Below are positions 48,258 to 56,409 of a stretch of DNA of 58,511 nucleotides, piece after piece. The DNA comes from a bacterium (GTDB taxonomy: Bacteria > SZUA-182 > DTGQ01 > JAFGSM01). The notes beneath the pieces are model-generated. The model searched no databases. It saw only the letters and a program-made list of their open reading frames with translations, and was not told the origin of the DNA. Each line of letters starts with the position of its first letter. The stretch's first letter is position 1. A program made the position numbers and the translations under genes. The stretch is taken from assembly GCA_049472335.1 (NCBI GenBank), contig JBLIRO010000028.1, positions 1-58,511 of the forward strand, read 5' to 3'.

Positions 48258-49637
48258 ATGATCTCGGAACGGGAAAGAAAACTGCAAAGGATTATCCCGC
48301 CCTTTCTTTTTATCCTCTATCTGTTTTTGCATATACTGCTTAGCCTGCTACACTGGAGCCGTCCTTTCGAGCTGTTTAATCTTATTCTGCTTGCTGCGGC
48401 ATGCATTGTAGCCATATTATTATATAAGGGGAAAGGGAACCTTCTTCTGGGATCCGGCATCATCCTGCTGATAGCCAGTCATGGATTGATCGGTCAGAGA
48501 CTTGCTCCGGATTCACTTACAAGCGGGGCAATCCTTTTGACAAATATCCTTATTCTCTATGTGGGTATAAGGATCTTCGAATCTCTGCCCTTATCATATT
48601 TTACCATATTTGTATCCAGCTACTTTCTCCTTTTTTTTATCTTTATAGTTAAAATGAACAATGCCGAGGCAATATTTCTTCTTGCCTTAATGGGCCTTGC
48701 GGCAACCGCCTGGGACCTTAAGATGCTTGCCTATTTTGGAGCCCTTGTGGTTGCGTTCTCATTTTGTCAGCCCTATGCCTGGCAGGCAGCACTGATCTTG
48801 TTTTTTTCCCTGAAAATAATATTTTCTATTCCCCGGAAATCCTTATCCCCGGCGCTGTTATTATTTTTGATATGCGGGCTTCTCCTGGTCTTCTTTGTCT
48901 TGCTCCCGGTGCTTGTTTTAATCCTGGAGGAAGATCCCCGCAACATAATTAATATGCTGAAGATAGTCCAGATCAGAAAGGCCATAATCCTTACTGCAAT
49001 CACTGCTACGGTCTCGACAGGGATATTGGCTTTATTCTGCACACCTTTTGCTTACGCGGTAACCCGTTTAAAGTTTTATGGGAAGGCATTTTTACTCTCC
49101 GTTATAGACATTCCCATCATAATCCCGCAGTCAGCTGCAGGCATAGCCCTTTTACGCGTATTCGGCAAGCAGCAGTTTTTAGGGGAATTCTTTTTTAATA
49201 CCCTGGGAATCCGTTTTGATGCCACTGTATTGGGAATCTGTCTGGCCCAGGTCTTTGTTTCAATGCCCTTTATCGTAAAGGGGGCCATTGCGGCCTTTGA
49301 AAATGTCCCTCCCGCCCTTGAACAGAGTTCCCGTACATTGGGGGCTTCACCCTTTAGCACATTTTTCAGGGTATCCGTTCCCCTTGCTTCCCGCGGCATA
49401 TTTATAGGCGCTTTGCTTGCCTGGGCAAGGGCTGCAGGGGAATTCGGCGCGGTTCTTTTTATTGCCCCCTATCCGGAAACAGCGCCTGTGACGGTCTATA
49501 ATCGCTTTACTAGCCTGGGGCTGGTGGAGACCGCTCCTTTGGTGACAACATTGCTGTTGTTTTCCATTGCAATGTTTTTTTTGCTTCAGCTCTGTATCAG
49601 AATGATGCCGGGGATGTATAAATCTGAATTGTTTTAA
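48258..49637 (+). CDS. ABC permease (WtpB/ModB-like) with extra N-terminal ~200-aa membrane domain
   Basis: DIPIIIPQSAAGIALL, AQVFVSMPF, LEQSSRTLGAS (EAA loop), WARAAGEFGA. Confidence 0.85.
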   Translation: MISERERKLQRIIPPFLFILYLFLHILLSLLHWSRPFELFNLILLAAACIVAILLYKGKGNLLLGSGIILLIASHGLIGQRLAPDSLTSGAILLTNILILYVGIRIFESLPLSYFTIFVSSYFLLFFIFIVKMNNAEAIFLLALMGLAATAWDLKMLAYFGALVVAFSFCQPYAWQAALILFFSLKIIFSIPRKSLSPALLLFLICGLLLVFFVLLPVLVLILEEDPRNIINMLKIVQIRKAIILTAITATVSTGILALFCTPFAYAVTRLKFYGKAFLLSVIDIPIIIPQSAAGIALLRVFGKQQFLGEFFFNTLGIRFDATVLGICLAQVFVSMPFIVKGAIAAFENVPPALEQSSRTLGASPFSTFFRVSVPLASRGIFIGALLAWARAAGEFGAVLFIAPYPETAPVTVYNRFTSLGLVETAPLVTTLLLFSIAMFFLLQLCIRMMPGMYKSELF

Positions 49638-49655
49638 CAGGTATATATTTTAAGC

Positions 49656-50690
49656 ATGTATTTTAAGATTGATGAATTAGAGGATCAATTCGGAGGGTTT
49701 AAACTGGGGCCTGTCTCTCTCGAAATGGAGAAGGGGGAATATCTGGCGCTTCTTGGCCCCACCGGGTGCGGTAAGACCTCATTTATGCAGAGCATTGCGG
49801 GTATATCGACAAAGGCCAGGGGACAAATATTATTTAATGACCATGATATCAGTCTATTACCCGTGCATAAGAGAAAAATCGGTTATGTGTCCCAGACCAG
49901 TGATCTATTCCCTCATCTCACGGTCTCGGAAAACATAGCATTTGGACTTCGCTATTTAAGGCTTTCCCATAAAGAGAGAAAACTCCGTCTTGAGAAGTAT
50001 CTGGAAATATTTAACCTTCGGAAACTGGCCGGGCAATCGGCATATACCCTTTCCGGCGGAGAGAGAAAAAAGACGGCCATAGCCAGGAGTCTGATCATAC
50101 AGCCTCAGCTCCTTCTGCTGGATGAACCTTTAGGCATGCTTGACCATAACGGACGTAAAGAGATGCTGAATATCTTGAAGATGATCCATAATGATCTTCA
50201 GACAACCACCATACATATCACACATGACCGCCATGAGGCATGGGGTGTGGCTCAGGTATGCGCAGTCATGAATAACGGCAGGATCTTACAGAGCGGTTCC
50301 GTGGCTGAGCTCTTTCGTAAGCCGGAAAGCCTTTTTGTGGCTGAATTTCTTGGAGGCTGGAATATATTCAAGGCAACATTCAAGGATGATTCGGTAAAAT
50401 TGCCGTGGGGTGATATCAAGATTTCTCATATGCCGAATATTCATGATGGATGGGTCATTATACGCCCTGAAAGGATAAGGCTTGTATCCGGTGATAATCC
50501 CCATAAGGTGGCGGGTACCGTGAGTGCCCTGCAAGATTTCGGCGAATATCTTGAATTAAAGATAGCTGTCAATAAAGATGCGGTCTTGACAGTTCATTCA
50601 TCTATCAATAAATCAACCGATATCCATGCCGGCAAGGCAGTTTGTCTGGATTGGCCGGAGGATTCCATGCATATCATTACCAAGGAATAA
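49656..50690 (+). CDS. ABC ATPase (WtpC/CysA-like) with TOBE domain
   Basis: GPTGCGKT, LSGGE, LLLLDEP, HITHD. Confidence 0.92.
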   Translation: MYFKIDELEDQFGGFKLGPVSLEMEKGEYLALLGPTGCGKTSFMQSIAGISTKARGQILFNDHDISLLPVHKRKIGYVSQTSDLFPHLTVSENIAFGLRYLRLSHKERKLRLEKYLEIFNLRKLAGQSAYTLSGGERKKTAIARSLIIQPQLLLLDEPLGMLDHNGRKEMLNILKMIHNDLQTTTIHITHDRHEAWGVAQVCAVMNNGRILQSGSVAELFRKPESLFVAEFLGGWNIFKATFKDDSVKLPWGDIKISHMPNIHDGWVIIRPERIRLVSGDNPHKVAGTVSALQDFGEYLELKIAVNKDAVLTVHSSINKSTDIHAGKAVCLDWPEDSMHIITKE

Positions 50691-50714
50691 GGACAAAGAA
50701 TAGGATTTGTTTTA

Positions 50715-51785
50715 ATGAGTTTTTGGCTTGATCTGATTGAAGGTAAACTGGCTGGAATATTCAGCAATATTAAGCTGGTTGAAAAGGCCCTTCTGGGGAT
50801 GGAAGGCAGCTATGTTGAGCTTTTGACGATCCTTGCCCTGGGCCTTTTAGCCGTTATTCCTGTCTTTGTGCCCAAAAAACGGCGGCAGCTCTGGAGACAT
50901 CTCAATCAGATATTGGGAATAGGGATTTTTCTGTTCGTTGTTTTTACCTGCCTCGGTGTATTTGGCATGATACGGAATTTTCATCGCGGGCTCAATGAAA
51001 TCGGACGTGAAAATATAATCGCCCTCTATTACTGTTCGGTGCCTGTGGTGATACTCGTAACCTGCATACTCTTTGGCCCGGCCTTTTGCGGCTGGATGTG
51101 CCCCACGGGTGCCCTGCAGGAATTCGCTGGTCTTTTTACACGTAAATGGAATACCAAACGCAGGATTGAGGGATACCCCTTCTCCTGGAAGGTCCTTTCA
51201 CTCAACATATTTATAGCCCTGATATTTTTGCTGTGGATGTACCGTCTGAGTGTGACGAGGATGTTTTTTCTCGAGGATTCGAGCATATACTGGTCAGAGG
51301 TGTTGATAATATTGCTCTTTGTCCTGACATTCCGGATGAAAGCGTGGGACAGGAGATTAAGAAGACTGAGGGTGCTTTCTTTTATTATTATTGTTTTAGG
51401 AGCCATAATGAGCGTAAGGATCACCTCTCCCGTGCATTTTGGCTACGCGAAGGTATACGATCCCGCATCCTTTCTGTCAACGGTTATGGTAGTGCTTGCC
51501 GTTCTTACCATACCGAATGTCTGGTGCAGATATCTGTGCCCCTGGCGATATGTCATCTCATGGACAGCAAAAAACAGTGTGCGTAGAATCGAATCGGATC
51601 TTTCAAAATGCGTGCATTGCGGGAAATGCAGCGAGGTCTGTCTGGTTGAGGCGGTTGAGGACGGAAGGATAGACCTTGATGAATGCCACTTTTGTATGAG
51701 GTGCGTGGATTCCTGTCCCAATGGCGTCTTTACCATAAAGGATGACTGGAGAAGAAGGTGCGGGGATTCAAAAAATCCTGTTTGA
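50715..51785 (+). CDS. Second membrane 4Fe-4S protein (NapH/MauN/NosR-like)
   Basis: FCGWMCP.GALQE, WCRYLCP, CVHCGKCSEVC, CHFCMRCVDSCP. Confidence 0.85.
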   Translation: MSFWLDLIEGKLAGIFSNIKLVEKALLGMEGSYVELLTILALGLLAVIPVFVPKKRRQLWRHLNQILGIGIFLFVVFTCLGVFGMIRNFHRGLNEIGRENIIALYYCSVPVVILVTCILFGPAFCGWMCPTGALQEFAGLFTRKWNTKRRIEGYPFSWKVLSLNIFIALIFLLWMYRLSVTRMFFLEDSSIYWSEVLIILLFVLTFRMKAWDRRLRRLRVLSFIIIVLGAIMSVRITSPVHFGYAKVYDPASFLSTVMVVLAVLTIPNVWCRYLCPWRYVISWTAKNSVRRIESDLSKCVHCGKCSEVCLVEAVEDGRIDLDECHFCMRCVDSCPNGVFTIKDDWRRRCGDSKNPV

Positions 51786-53182
51786 TAATAATAACACAGC
51801 TATTTTTTCTTATATGTTATGCCTTGCCTCCGATGGCCCTATGTGAGGACTGGGTTGCCCTGCGCGGCAATATGGAGGGCAGGGCATCCATAAAATATGA
51901 CGGTCAGGGTGAATTAAGGGAGTGGCATTATATTTATAAAAGCGGGCGCCGCTATAAAATGGGGCTTGCAGTGTGGGCCTCACCCGCGCTTACCGTAGTA
52001 GGCGGAAGGCCAATGGCCTTCATCGGCGGATATGATCAAACAATGCATGCCCTGGATTTAATCGATAAAAGGGTGGTGTGGCGGAAGATTACAAACGGCG
52101 AGATAGCAACCGCCCCTGCAATCTGCAAGGTTGACGGCCTGGATGTTGTCTTCTGGGCTTCCACAGACAGAACGGTCTATGCCTATGCGGCCTTTAGCGG
52201 ACGTCAATTATGGACAAAGGAGCTTGTCCCTCCGTCCACCACATTGGGCGATGTCCATATTTCCAGCCCTTTCCTGAGCGGGGATAGATTGTATATAGCC
52301 TGTTTTGCCTATGACAAATCCATCGCAAGAAATCAGCAAAAGGGGTGGCTTTATTGCCTTAATATGAAACATGGAGACATTGTATGGAAAAAACCAGTCA
52401 CCTCCGGCATATTGACCTCTCCAGTAGGTTTTCTCAAAGACAATCGATTACATATCATTATCGCAGCCCGCAAAGGCCTGGTTCAATGCCTTGATGTTTC
52501 AGATCAGATCCCGAAACATGTATGGAGTTTTCAGATGCCCCACGAGGTTTTCGGCTCGCCGGTAATTACAGCCGGGACCACGCCCCCCCTTATGTTTTTA
52601 GGCTCAAAATACGGAAACCTCATAGCAGTCGATGCCTGGCAGGGAAAAGAGGTGTGGCAGAAAATGGCGGGAAACTGGATAGACAATACTGCCTGCATCG
52701 GCGAGATTGATGATGAAAAGGTCGTTTATGTGGGCTCGCACGATTACTTCCTGTACGCCTTTAAAGCCGAAAACGGAGATTTGCTGTGGAAGAGGGCCCT
52801 GGGAGGAGAGGTCTATTCCGCGCCCTGCTTTTTTAATCAGGGTGACAGAGCGCTCGTTGCCGCTGCATCGCTCAATAATCATCTGTATATTGTTGATGCC
52901 CGAAACGGTGATATTGTTACCTCTTATTTTACTGGCAGGCCTATCTGGGACAAAGTCGCAAAGGGTGACACACTCTGGGGATCGCCCGTAGCCATTGAAG
53001 CGGGAGAAGAAACCGCCCTCATCCATGGCTCCTTCAATGATGTTGTTTATTTGCTTCCGGTTGCAAAAGAGTGCTCACTCAGGGCCATGGCACGCTCCGC
53101 CGGAACCCTCTGGTGGGGGCTTCTTGTCGTATTAATAATCTTTGGAGGCATTGTTCTTCCGATAATTATCAAATATTTATGA
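51758..53182 (+). CDS. Exported PQQ-like (BamB-type) beta-propeller with C-terminal membrane anchor
   Basis: Signal peptide; blades ASPA, VYAY...G..LW, GSHDYFLYAFKAENGDLLW, SAP; terminal TM LWWGLLVVLIIFGGIVLPIII; GTG start overlaps previous gene. Confidence 0.82.
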   Translation: MRGFKKSCLIIITQLFFLICYALPPMALCEDWVALRGNMEGRASIKYDGQGELREWHYIYKSGRRYKMGLAVWASPALTVVGGRPMAFIGGYDQTMHALDLIDKRVVWRKITNGEIATAPAICKVDGLDVVFWASTDRTVYAYAAFSGRQLWTKELVPPSTTLGDVHISSPFLSGDRLYIACFAYDKSIARNQQKGWLYCLNMKHGDIVWKKPVTSGILTSPVGFLKDNRLHIIIAARKGLVQCLDVSDQIPKHVWSFQMPHEVFGSPVITAGTTPPLMFLGSKYGNLIAVDAWQGKEVWQKMAGNWIDNTACIGEIDDEKVVYVGSHDYFLYAFKAENGDLLWKRALGGEVYSAPCFFNQGDRALVAAASLNNHLYIVDARNGDIVTSYFTGRPIWDKVAKGDTLWGSPVAIEAGEETALIHGSFNDVVYLLPVAKECSLRAMARSAGTLWWGLLVVLIIFGGIVLPIIIKYL

Positions 53183-53235
53183 TTACTCTTTTTTTGACTT
53201 CTTTGCTTCTTTGAACTTCTCATTGTGAAACCCTC

Positions 53236-53345
53236 TCCTCAATTTCAGAAGTTATTCAGAGAGTTTTTCGTCCCTCCCCGAATTTATCATAATAAGTCTC
53301 CCTCTAATATCGTTTAATGTTGTTCATTAGAACCGTCCCCGTGAC
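53236..53345. repeat. About 110-bp direct repeat, copy 1 (copy 2 at 54774-54881)
   Basis: TCCTC.ATTTCAGAAGTTATTCAGAGAGTT...CCCTCCCCGAATTTAT...ATATCGTTTAATGTT...GTCCCCGTGAC in both copies. Confidence 0.85.
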
Positions 53346-53410
53346 CGAACCGAACACCGGACATAAGAAAGTATCCTGTTAGAAATCAAGAAAGACTTTC
53401 AATTATAAAA

Positions 53411-53517
53411 TTAATCTGTAATATCAAGAGCAAAACGTAAGGCTTGATTGAGAGCGTAAACTTTTTTAGGGGGAAGCGTACCGATAAAATTTGTTAAAAA
53501 AGATTTAGGTAAACTGA
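53411..53517 (-). pseudogene. mazF: C-terminal remnant of MazF/PemK toxin
   Basis: Minus strand [34 protein letters not shown] is fused onto the 3' end of the antitoxin gene. Confidence 0.7.
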
Positions 53518-53732
53518 TAAGTGAGAACATCCTCCGCTTCTTGATTAAGCTTGTCAGCACGCCTATTGATAATCTCAAGATCTTTGGCGTTTTGCTCTCT
53601 TCGAAGCATCTGAGTGATAAAAGCCCTCAAAGCAGTTTCAATAAATTCAGAACGATTTTTATAGTGCTTTGATTTCTGATCAATTACTTTCAATAGATCT
53701 TCAGACAAGGTTATAGATGTCTTAATTTTCAT
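53505..53732 (-). CDS. Ribbon-helix-helix (CopG-type) antitoxin
   Basis: [11 protein letters not shown]...[11 protein letters not shown]...DLEIIN..AD.LN.EA.DVL.YQ. Confidence 0.8.
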   Translation of the reverse strand: MKIKTSITLSEDLLKVIDQKSKHYKNRSEFIETALRAFITQMLRREQNAKDLEIINRRADKLNQEAEDVLTYQFT

Positions 53733-54640
53733 ACTACTAATATACTCTCTTTAAGATACTTTTATCAAGACATAAATAATAAGATGCGATTTTTATTCAC
53801 TAAGGTTTTCATAGCCACTAAGACATTTGGACCATTTTTGCATAATGCCGTAGGGTTAAGGAATTTACCGCAGGCCTCGAGAGGTTTGGCATCCCGAACA
53901 GAGTCGTATTCCTCAGGATCATCCCTTTCCCTGTTTGGGATAATCCAGACAACAATGAAGGCCCAGCCAAACATGGTTATGGATGTGAGAATGGGAAACA
54001 TTGTCTATAGGGCGAGGAAATACATCCCCCCCCTCTTTGCTCCATTATCAGCCTCCTTTTGCGCAATGCCAAGCAGCTTGCCAAAGTGAATGTATAGCAT
54101 AAAACCTTGACTCAAACATTCTTTAAGCCTGTTATCCGATTTAAATTTAGCAGTATTTTTGTAATATTTAAAATAGTTAGAGGACAAAGATGGATAAAAC
54201 AATCCATGCTTTATCTTCCTTAAAAGATCAATATCATGAAAAGGCAGTAGAAATTGCTGATCAATTAGAGGCTGAAGGGGCTAGAATAATTACCAAACGG
54301 GCTATTGTCATAGGAATAGCCAACGCCATGGCCAAGCTTAGTTATCGAACATCTGCTATTGAATTACTGGATTCGATAGAAGTAGATCCGATTCTATTTT
54401 CTGTTTTCACACATTCCCTCCTGACATCTTATTTTCCCTTTTATTTATTTGTACCACCAAGCTATCTTTTCCAATCATAAAGATAGCCAAAAAGGATGTC
54501 AATCCATTTATCAGATAATTCCTAAAAATAGTCTGGCAAATTTTGGAAGATGCAGTATAACAATTATTCTCAATAGCCCTTCACTTATTAATTTCTCAAT
54601 AATGGACTCATCATTTTATAAAAAAAAATCTATCACCCTT

Positions 54641-54752
54641 TTGCTGCCACATCATTGGGAGCCGACGCATGTCTATGGGCCATGGTGGATCGCTACTCCT
54701 TCCATGTGGGGCTCTCTCATCCACTACTCCTTGCCAGCTTTGACTGGCGCTT
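54641..54752 (-). mobile_element. Probable 5' fragment of a group II intron RNA
   Basis: Minus strand GCGCCAGTCAAAGCTGGCAAGGAGTAGTGGATGAGAGAGCCCCACATGGAAGGAGTAGCGATCCACCATGGCCC...CATGCG resembles, from memory, bacterial group II intron domain I starts. No RT ORF is present. Confidence 0.55.
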
Positions 54753-54773
54753 TCGAAATGTCCCTATAACACG

Positions 54774-54932
54774 TCCTCGATTTCAGAAGTTATTCAGAGA
54801 GTTCTTTTTCCCTCCCCGAATTTATTATAATAGGTCTCCCATTGATATCGTTTAATGTTATCATTAGAAAGTCCCCGTGACATCCCTAGTCCCCGTTACA
54901 TCCCCAGAACCGTCCCCGTGACATACCCGTGA
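54774..54932. repeat. 110-bp repeat copy 2 followed by three tandem GTCCCCGTGACATCCC-like units
   Basis: Units at 54871, 54889 and 54912; related motifs at about 39871-39941 and 53329-53345. Confidence 0.8.
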
Positions 54933-55619
54933 ATCTAAGGCAATCCCTTCCCCTGAACAGGATAAGGATAATCCCGAGGGCACATATTCTCCATATTTAT
55001 GGTCTCAATGGCTTCAAAGTATTTATGGAGGTTTTATATTTACCTTTCCAGGTAGTTATAGTAGCTTTCTTCCTTATGTTCTCGAATATTCAACGGTTCC
55101 TGCTGGTCAATTCCCTGCCACTGGATTTCAATACAGAATGCCCCCAGGTTATAACATTTTGCCACCATATAATTATGGATTCCCCTCGATTCCCCCTGGT
55201 CAGTTCTCTGCCCCTTAGATTTAATAATTTTTTTAGATTCTGCAAAAAAAAATCCGGAAAGTTAAAAGGGATAATAACGCCATGAAAATACCTATCTAAA
55301 ACCATACAGCTAATTAGAAGATAAAACAAAGGAATATGACAGAGAAGTAATAAAGTACATTCCAAGGATCTTAAATGAATTAGAATTTGAATTATTCCGA
55401 TTAAAAAAAATTGTAAGAGAGAGCTATTAAATATTAAGTCAATGTCATTAAGTTAAGAGATCAGTTTATAAGCAAAAGCGTATCTCCTTTGTTGAATAAG
55501 GGCTTTTCGGAGAAATATTTTCCCTGGTCTTATAGGGACAGTATACCAAATCTTGTGAGCTGTGCAGGAATGTTTATTGGTCTTGACATCAAGACATCAA
55601 TTATGTTATGTTTTGATGT

Positions 55620-55868
55620 ATGAGAACAACGCTAACATTAGATGATGATATTTCTGCCCTTATTGAGCGATTGCGCAAGGATAAAAAGGTTAATTTCAAG
55701 GTTTTGGTCAATGAGGCTTTACGTCGGGGTCTGCAGGAGATGATAAGACCCTCACGGCGTGATAAACCTTATCAAACAAAATCAGTCTCCTTAGGCCGCT
55801 GTCTGGCAGGCACCCTTGATGATATTTCGGAAGCACTTGCCATAGCTGAAGGCGAGGATTTTAAGTGA
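55620..55868 (+). CDS. RHH antitoxin (VapB-type)
   Basis: MRTTLTLDDD...FKVLVNEALRRGL...ALAIAEGEDFK. Confidence 0.85.
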   Translation: MRTTLTLDDDISALIERLRKDKKVNFKVLVNEALRRGLQEMIRPSRRDKPYQTKSVSLGRCLAGTLDDISEALAIAEGEDFK

Positions 55869-56314
55869 TCTTAATTGACGCTAACCTTCTTATTTATGCA
55901 CATGTTACCAGCTTTTTACATCATGAAAAGGCCCGAATATGGCTGGATGAACAGCTTAATGGAACCGGAACAGTTGGATTGCCTTGGGCCAGCATACTTG
56001 CATTTGTTCGCCTTGTAACCAATCCACGCATTTTCGAACAGCCTGAGACAATAGAAGGGGCATGGAAGCAGGTAGAAGAATGGCTTGATTGCCCAACTGT
56101 CTGGCTTCCTCAGCCTACTGACCGCCATCGCGAGATTCTGGCCTCCCTCTTGATTAGCCAAAACTTACGAGCCAATTTAGTACCAGATGCTCATTTGGCT
56201 GCTCTAGCTATTGAGCACGGGCTAATACTCTGCTCTGCTGATGGCGACTTTGGTCGTTTTCCGGGATTACGATGGGAAAATCCAATTCGAGAAGGGGATA
56301 AGATCCGTCCTTAA
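55865..56314 (+). CDS. vapC: PIN-domain toxin
   Basis: ILIDANLLIYA, AFVRLVTNPRIF, DAHLAALAIEHG, SADGDFGRFPGLRW.NP. Confidence 0.9.
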   Translation: MILIDANLLIYAHVTSFLHHEKARIWLDEQLNGTGTVGLPWASILAFVRLVTNPRIFEQPETIEGAWKQVEEWLDCPTVWLPQPTDRHREILASLLISQNLRANLVPDAHLAALAIEHGLILCSADGDFGRFPGLRWENPIREGDKIRP

Positions 56315-56409
56315 ATACAAATAGCTAAGATTATAAAGATATCTCTTTTAATTTCATACCATGGTTTGATTTATACCCACTCGTGAGTAATCCAATTTCC
56401 TGTCACATA

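Noticed and set aside
35235..50690. Calling the transporter a bona fide tungstate importer wtpABC
   Set aside because: Key binding residues appear altered and no Mo/W enzyme or cofactor gene is in the window, so gene symbols were withheld.
54871..54932. Three ~16-bp repeats as a mini-CRISPR
   Set aside because: The gaps are only 2-6 bp and the repeats are too short.
53765..55365. Several short ORFs (53765, 54005, 54190, 54449, 54929, 55090)
   Set aside because: Fragmentary and overlapping with no family I can recognise; probably decayed DNA.
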